In this document: positions 60,378 through 64,000 of the stretch, one piece after another
Layout of the letters: each line of letters begins with the position of its first letter
How positions within the stretch are numbered: position 1 is the stretch's first letter
From: an uncultured Candidatus Binatia bacterium
GTDB lineage: Bacteria > Desulfobacterota > Binatia > HRBIN30
DNA length: 64,000 nucleotides
Reading direction: 5' to 3'
Assembly (NCBI GenBank): GCA_964371655.1
Contig: CAYJOD010000007.1
Span: 81,145-145,144 of the forward strand
The notes under the pieces: model-generated
The model's input: only the letters and a program-made list of their open reading frames with translations
Databases searched by the model: none
Told to the model about the DNA's origin: nothing
Translations under genes and position numbers: made by a program

Positions 60378-60569
60378 ACTCCCTCTCCCGCAATACTTGC
60401 GGGAGAGGGTAGGGGTGAGGGATCCGACTTCAATGTTTGCTGCGCACGTCCGCCGCAGGGCTCCGTCCTCCGCAGGGCTCCGGAGGACGGGTCCGGAGTG
60501 TACCCATCCGACGGCCCTCACCCTAACCCTCTCCCGCGCCGGAATTGGCGCGGGCGAGGGGAGCTGGCC
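60378..60569 (-). repeat. F2 element copy between the permease and ATPase genes
   Basis: ctctcccgcaatacttgcgggagagggtaggggtgagggatcc...ccctcaccctaaccctctcccgcgccggaattggcgcgggcgaggggagctggcc. Confidence 0.8.
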
Positions 60570-60586
60570 TTGCTGAGGTTTTCGGG

Positions 60587-61414
60587 ATGAGCACAACCAC
60601 GGTCTTGGAGGCGGGCCACGTCGTGTTCCGATACGGTGACAACCGCGTGCTCGACGACGTGTCGTTGGCGCTGCGCGGGGGTGAGATGTTGGGCGTGATC
60701 GGACCCAACGGCTCGGGGAAGTCGACGCTGCTGCGTTTGCTCAGCGGTGTGCTGCGGCCCGCAGCCGGCGAGGTCGAGCTGCACGGACGCGCGGTCGGCA
60801 GCTACACCCAGCGCGAGCTGGCGCGTCGCGTCGCCGTGGTGCCGCAGGAGACGCTGATCGAGTTCCCATTCTCTGTGACCGAGGTGGTGCTGATGGGGCG
60901 CTCGCCGCATCTCGGCGGCTTTGCCTTCGAGGGCGATCGCGACATCGAGGTGGCGCAGCTCGCCATGCAGCGCACCGGCGTGTTGCATCTCGCCAAGCGT
61001 TCGATTCACGAGCTCAGCGGCGGCGAGCGCCAGCGTGTCATCCTGGCGCGCGCGCTGGCGCAGGAAGCGCAGGTCTTCCTACTCGACGAGCCGGCTGCCT
61101 TTCTCGATATCCGCCACGCCGTCGAGCTCTACGACCTGCTCGCCGATTTGCTGAAAGAGGGAAAGAGCGTGCTCACCGTCCTGCACGATCTCAACCTCGC
61201 GGCGATGTACTGCGATCGCGTCGGCTTGTTGAAGGGCGGGCGCCTGATCCAGGTCGGCGCACCGACCGACGTGATCACCTACGCCAACATCACCGCGGCG
61301 TACGAGACCGAGGTCTATGTCGACACCAACGACATCACCGGTGCGGTGAACGTTCTGCCGCTGAGCCGCGCCTACCGCGAGCACCTGCGCCGCGCCGCAG
61401 CGGACAAGAGCTGA
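60587..61414 (+). CDS. ABC transporter ATP-binding protein (FecE/BtuD-like)
   Basis: Walker A GPNGSGKST, LSGGERQRV signature, Walker B FLLDEP. Confidence 0.9.
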   Translation: MSTTTVLEAGHVVFRYGDNRVLDDVSLALRGGEMLGVIGPNGSGKSTLLRLLSGVLRPAAGEVELHGRAVGSYTQRELARRVAVVPQETLIEFPFSVTEVVLMGRSPHLGGFAFEGDRDIEVAQLAMQRTGVLHLAKRSIHELSGGERQRVILARALAQEAQVFLLDEPAAFLDIRHAVELYDLLADLLKEGKSVLTVLHDLNLAAMYCDRVGLLKGGRLIQVGAPTDVITYANITAAYETEVYVDTNDITGAVNVLPLSRAYREHLRRAAADKS

Positions 61415-61439
61415 GAATCGATATGACCCGACGCCGTAG

Positions 61440-61600
61440 TGTATCAGGTTGATCTTTTGACCGATGTCATTCCGAGCGGAAGCGAGGAATCTCGCGTAGG
61501 TCGGTCGTTGCGATTGTCGCGCAGCCCGGAAGATTCCTCGCCACGGAAGTGTGGAATGCTCGGAATGACCAGTGGATCAGGAATCAAACTCATACACCAG
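61440..61600 (+). repeat. F7 element copy
   Basis: ttttgaccgatgtcattccgagcggaagcgaggaatctc...gaagattcctcgccacggaagtgtggaatgctcggaatgacca. Confidence 0.7.
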
Positions 61601-61730
61601 CGACGACGCTGCGAATTTGACCGCCGGCCCCAACCCGTAGTATCGACCGGGAGCAACTGGGCTCCCAGTTCTGACGGGGGGGAGGCCACAATCCCGCAAG
61701 CGAGCTCCCGCGCTTGAGAGGAGGACAGCC

Positions 61731-63809
61731 GTGATCGACTACGTCTTGCAAGTCTTGCCCTACTGGCCTTATGCCGTGGCCCTCTTGGCTCTGGTCATGG
61801 TCTACTCGTCCATCGTCATCGTGGGCGGCACCGAGATCGCCGTGATGGAGCGTAGGTATTTCGGAACCAAGATGCCCCAGGGTCGTGTGATTGCGCTCGC
61901 GAACGAGATCGGTATCCAGGCGCGCACCCTCGGGCCGGGGCTTCATTTCCTCATCCCCTTCATCTACGCGGCAAGGAAGTATCCGTTCGCCAACATCACC
62001 GAGAACGAAGTCGGCTTTGTGGAGTCGATCGACGGCGATCCCGTGCTTCCGGGCAAGATCTTCGCCCGCGTGGTCGAGGGGCACAATTCCTTTCAGGACG
62101 GCGAGTCGTTCCTCAGGAACGGGGGGCAGAAGGGTCCGCAGATTCAGATCCTTCCTCCCGGCACCTACCGCATCAATCCCGTGCTCTTCAAAGTGCGCAA
62201 GGACAAGGCCAGAACCATCGACAAGGGGATGATCGGCGTCGTGAGCGCGCTCGACGGCCAATCGATCGCTGCCGGAAGGCTGCTCGCACACAAGGTGGAG
62301 GGGCACAGCAACTTCGAGAACGGGCAGGCCTTCCTCGACAACCAGGGCCAGAAGGGTCCGCAGATCCAGATCCTCCTGCCCGGCACCTACCGCATCAATC
62401 CCGATCTCTTCAAAGTCGAGATCCTCGACGCCACCGTGATCCCGCCGATGAAGATCGGGCTGGTGACAGCGCTCGATGGGCGGCCCCTTCCCGAAGCGGA
62501 GTACGTGGCCAAGTCGGTGCCGGGACACAGCGACTTCCAGGACGCGTCCCAGTTTCTTCAGGCAGGCGGCGAGCGCGGCCCGCAGTTCGATGTGCTCCGG
62601 CCGGGCACGTATTACGTCAATCCGCTCATGTTCAACGTCGACATGGACGACGTCGCGGTGGTCGAACGCGGCCAGGTGGCGGTGGTGGTCTCGAACGTCG
62701 GTGACGAGCCGGTCCAGGTGCGCGAGGCGATCGAGGCGGCGGCGCAGAAGGAGGGGGCGGAGGCCGGCAGCGACCTGTACCGAAACATTGAGAAGCGTTT
62801 CGAGACCGGGATCGAGCGCTACGTGGTACCCAAGGGTGTCCGCGGCATCCAGCAGGAGGTGGCCGGGCCGGGCGTGTACTACCTCAATCGCCGCGCCTAC
62901 ATCGCCTACATCGTCGACACCACGAACATCACCATCGACTGGGATGACGCCAAGGAGACGCGCTTCGACCCGCTCCGGGTGATCTCGCGCGACGGCTTCC
63001 AGATCAGCGTTTCGGTCAAGGTGGTCATCCGCGTACGACCCGATCAGGCCCCCTACATGGTGGCCAAGATCGGTTCGATCGAGAACCTCATTCTCCACGT
63101 GATCCACCCGATGATCGATTCGAGCTTCCGCAACCAGGCGTCCTCGACGTCGGCGATGAACTTCATGCAGGACCGGCAGGATGAGCAGCGCAAGGCGGAG
63201 GACCGCGCCAAGGCGGAGCTCGATCGCTACCACGTGGAGTGCGTGTCGGTGCTCATCTGTCAGATCAACCTGCCCCAGGACCTGATGGACACGCAAACCA
63301 AGAAGATCATCGCCCAACAGCAGCAGGCGATGTACCAGGATCAGCAGAAGGCCGAGCAAACCCGCATCGCGACCGAGAAGACGCGCGCCGAGGCGGATCA
63401 GCAGAAGAACCTGGTCGAGGCCGAGATCGGCGTGAAGATCGCCGAGCAGAACAAGCAGAAGGCAATCCGGTTCGCCGAGGGAGAGTCCGAGAGCATTCGG
63501 CTCCGGGCTGAAGGTGAGGCGAGGGGGATCAAGGCAAACGGCGATGCGGAAGGCGCGCGTATTCTGGCGATCGGCGAGTCGACGGCAAAGGCCTACGAGC
63601 TGCAGAACAAAGCGGTGGGCCAGCAGGGCGTCACCGCGATCGAAATCGCCAAACAGATCGCCGCGGGCAACATCAAGGTCACACCGGACCTCCTGGTCCA
63701 GGGCGGAGACAACCTCGGCGGACTGCTGGCCGCGTTCCTGACTCGAATCATCACCGGAGACGCGGCGCGGACAATGGTCGCCGAGCCCAGAAAGACGGAC
63801 GACGCGTAG
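61731..63809 (+). CDS. Flotillin / SPFH-domain family protein with triplicated N-terminal segment
   Basis: Three repeats of (V/L)EGHxxFxxGxxFL.NxGQKGPQIQIL.PGTYRINP.LFKV, then a flotillin-like coiled-coil tail (EAEIGVKIAEQNKQKAIRFAEGESESIRL...). Confidence 0.7.
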   Translation: MIDYVLQVLPYWPYAVALLALVMVYSSIVIVGGTEIAVMERRYFGTKMPQGRVIALANEIGIQARTLGPGLHFLIPFIYAARKYPFANITENEVGFVESIDGDPVLPGKIFARVVEGHNSFQDGESFLRNGGQKGPQIQILPPGTYRINPVLFKVRKDKARTIDKGMIGVVSALDGQSIAAGRLLAHKVEGHSNFENGQAFLDNQGQKGPQIQILLPGTYRINPDLFKVEILDATVIPPMKIGLVTALDGRPLPEAEYVAKSVPGHSDFQDASQFLQAGGERGPQFDVLRPGTYYVNPLMFNVDMDDVAVVERGQVAVVVSNVGDEPVQVREAIEAAAQKEGAEAGSDLYRNIEKRFETGIERYVVPKGVRGIQQEVAGPGVYYLNRRAYIAYIVDTTNITIDWDDAKETRFDPLRVISRDGFQISVSVKVVIRVRPDQAPYMVAKIGSIENLILHVIHPMIDSSFRNQASSTSAMNFMQDRQDEQRKAEDRAKAELDRYHVECVSVLICQINLPQDLMDTQTKKIIAQQQQAMYQDQQKAEQTRIATEKTRAEADQQKNLVEAEIGVKIAEQNKQKAIRFAEGESESIRLRAEGEARGIKANGDAEGARILAIGESTAKAYELQNKAVGQQGVTAIEIAKQIAAGNIKVTPDLLVQGGDNLGGLLAAFLTRIITGDAARTMVAEPRKTDDA

Positions 63810-63925
63810 CGACTCGGCCGCGTCGAAGACGCGCTCCCGTCCGCGCCGCCTGCGCATTTGCGCACGCTCTCTTCCATCGTGCGCGTCGCCGTAGCCGCCG
63901 TCGCCAGAGGTTGTCTCGCAACCTC

Positions 63926-63990
63926 GGCAAGGTGGTACAGGCCAAAGGCCACATCATTACACACATCGGCTTGCATCGATTTGTTTCTGG
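63926..63990 (+). repeat. F6 element copy
   Basis: ggtggtacaggccaaaggccacatcattacacacatcggcttgcatcg. Confidence 0.65.
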
Positions 63991-64000
63991 GCTTCGATCC

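Overview
This 64-kb window is GC-rich (about 65-70%) and gene-dense, and reads as a deltaproteobacterium/myxobacterium-like chromosome. Taxonomic hints: a Myxococcus-type cysteine-rich repeat protein, a MASE1-PAS histidine kinase with a NarL-type regulator, and an F420/deazaflavin-type DUF385 enzyme. I call roughly 60 protein-coding genes. Housekeeping: hflX, pgsA, rel/spoT, ridA, rpmB, rfaE-like adenylyltransferase, pgi, mutL, miaA, grx, CMP-kinase-like, Zn-ADH, SDR, TPP enzyme. Transport: NicO/RcnA Ni/Co transporter, MFS, MgtC-DUF4010, and a TonB-dependent receptor followed by a beta-propeller protein and a BtuF/FecB-FecCD-FecE-like ABC system. Three type II TA modules: AbrB-PIN, HicAB, RHH-MazF. 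Several secreted, lipoprotein or outer-membrane proteins. No rRNA, tRNA or CRISPR was found. The most unusual aspect is the intergenic space: at least eight families of nested-palindrome, MITE-like repeats (here F1-F8), about 35 copies in total. They sit between convergent genes, in divergent promoter regions, and between the genes of the ABC uptake cluster. Two short low-GC islands encode small hypothetical proteins with no recognisable domains: 3.4-4.1 kb (2 genes) and 33.1-34.5 kb (3 translationally coupled genes beside HicAB). These are the best candidates for an undescribed accessory, possibly defence or addiction, module. All calls come from reading the six-frame translations and the DNA by eye; no database search was possible.
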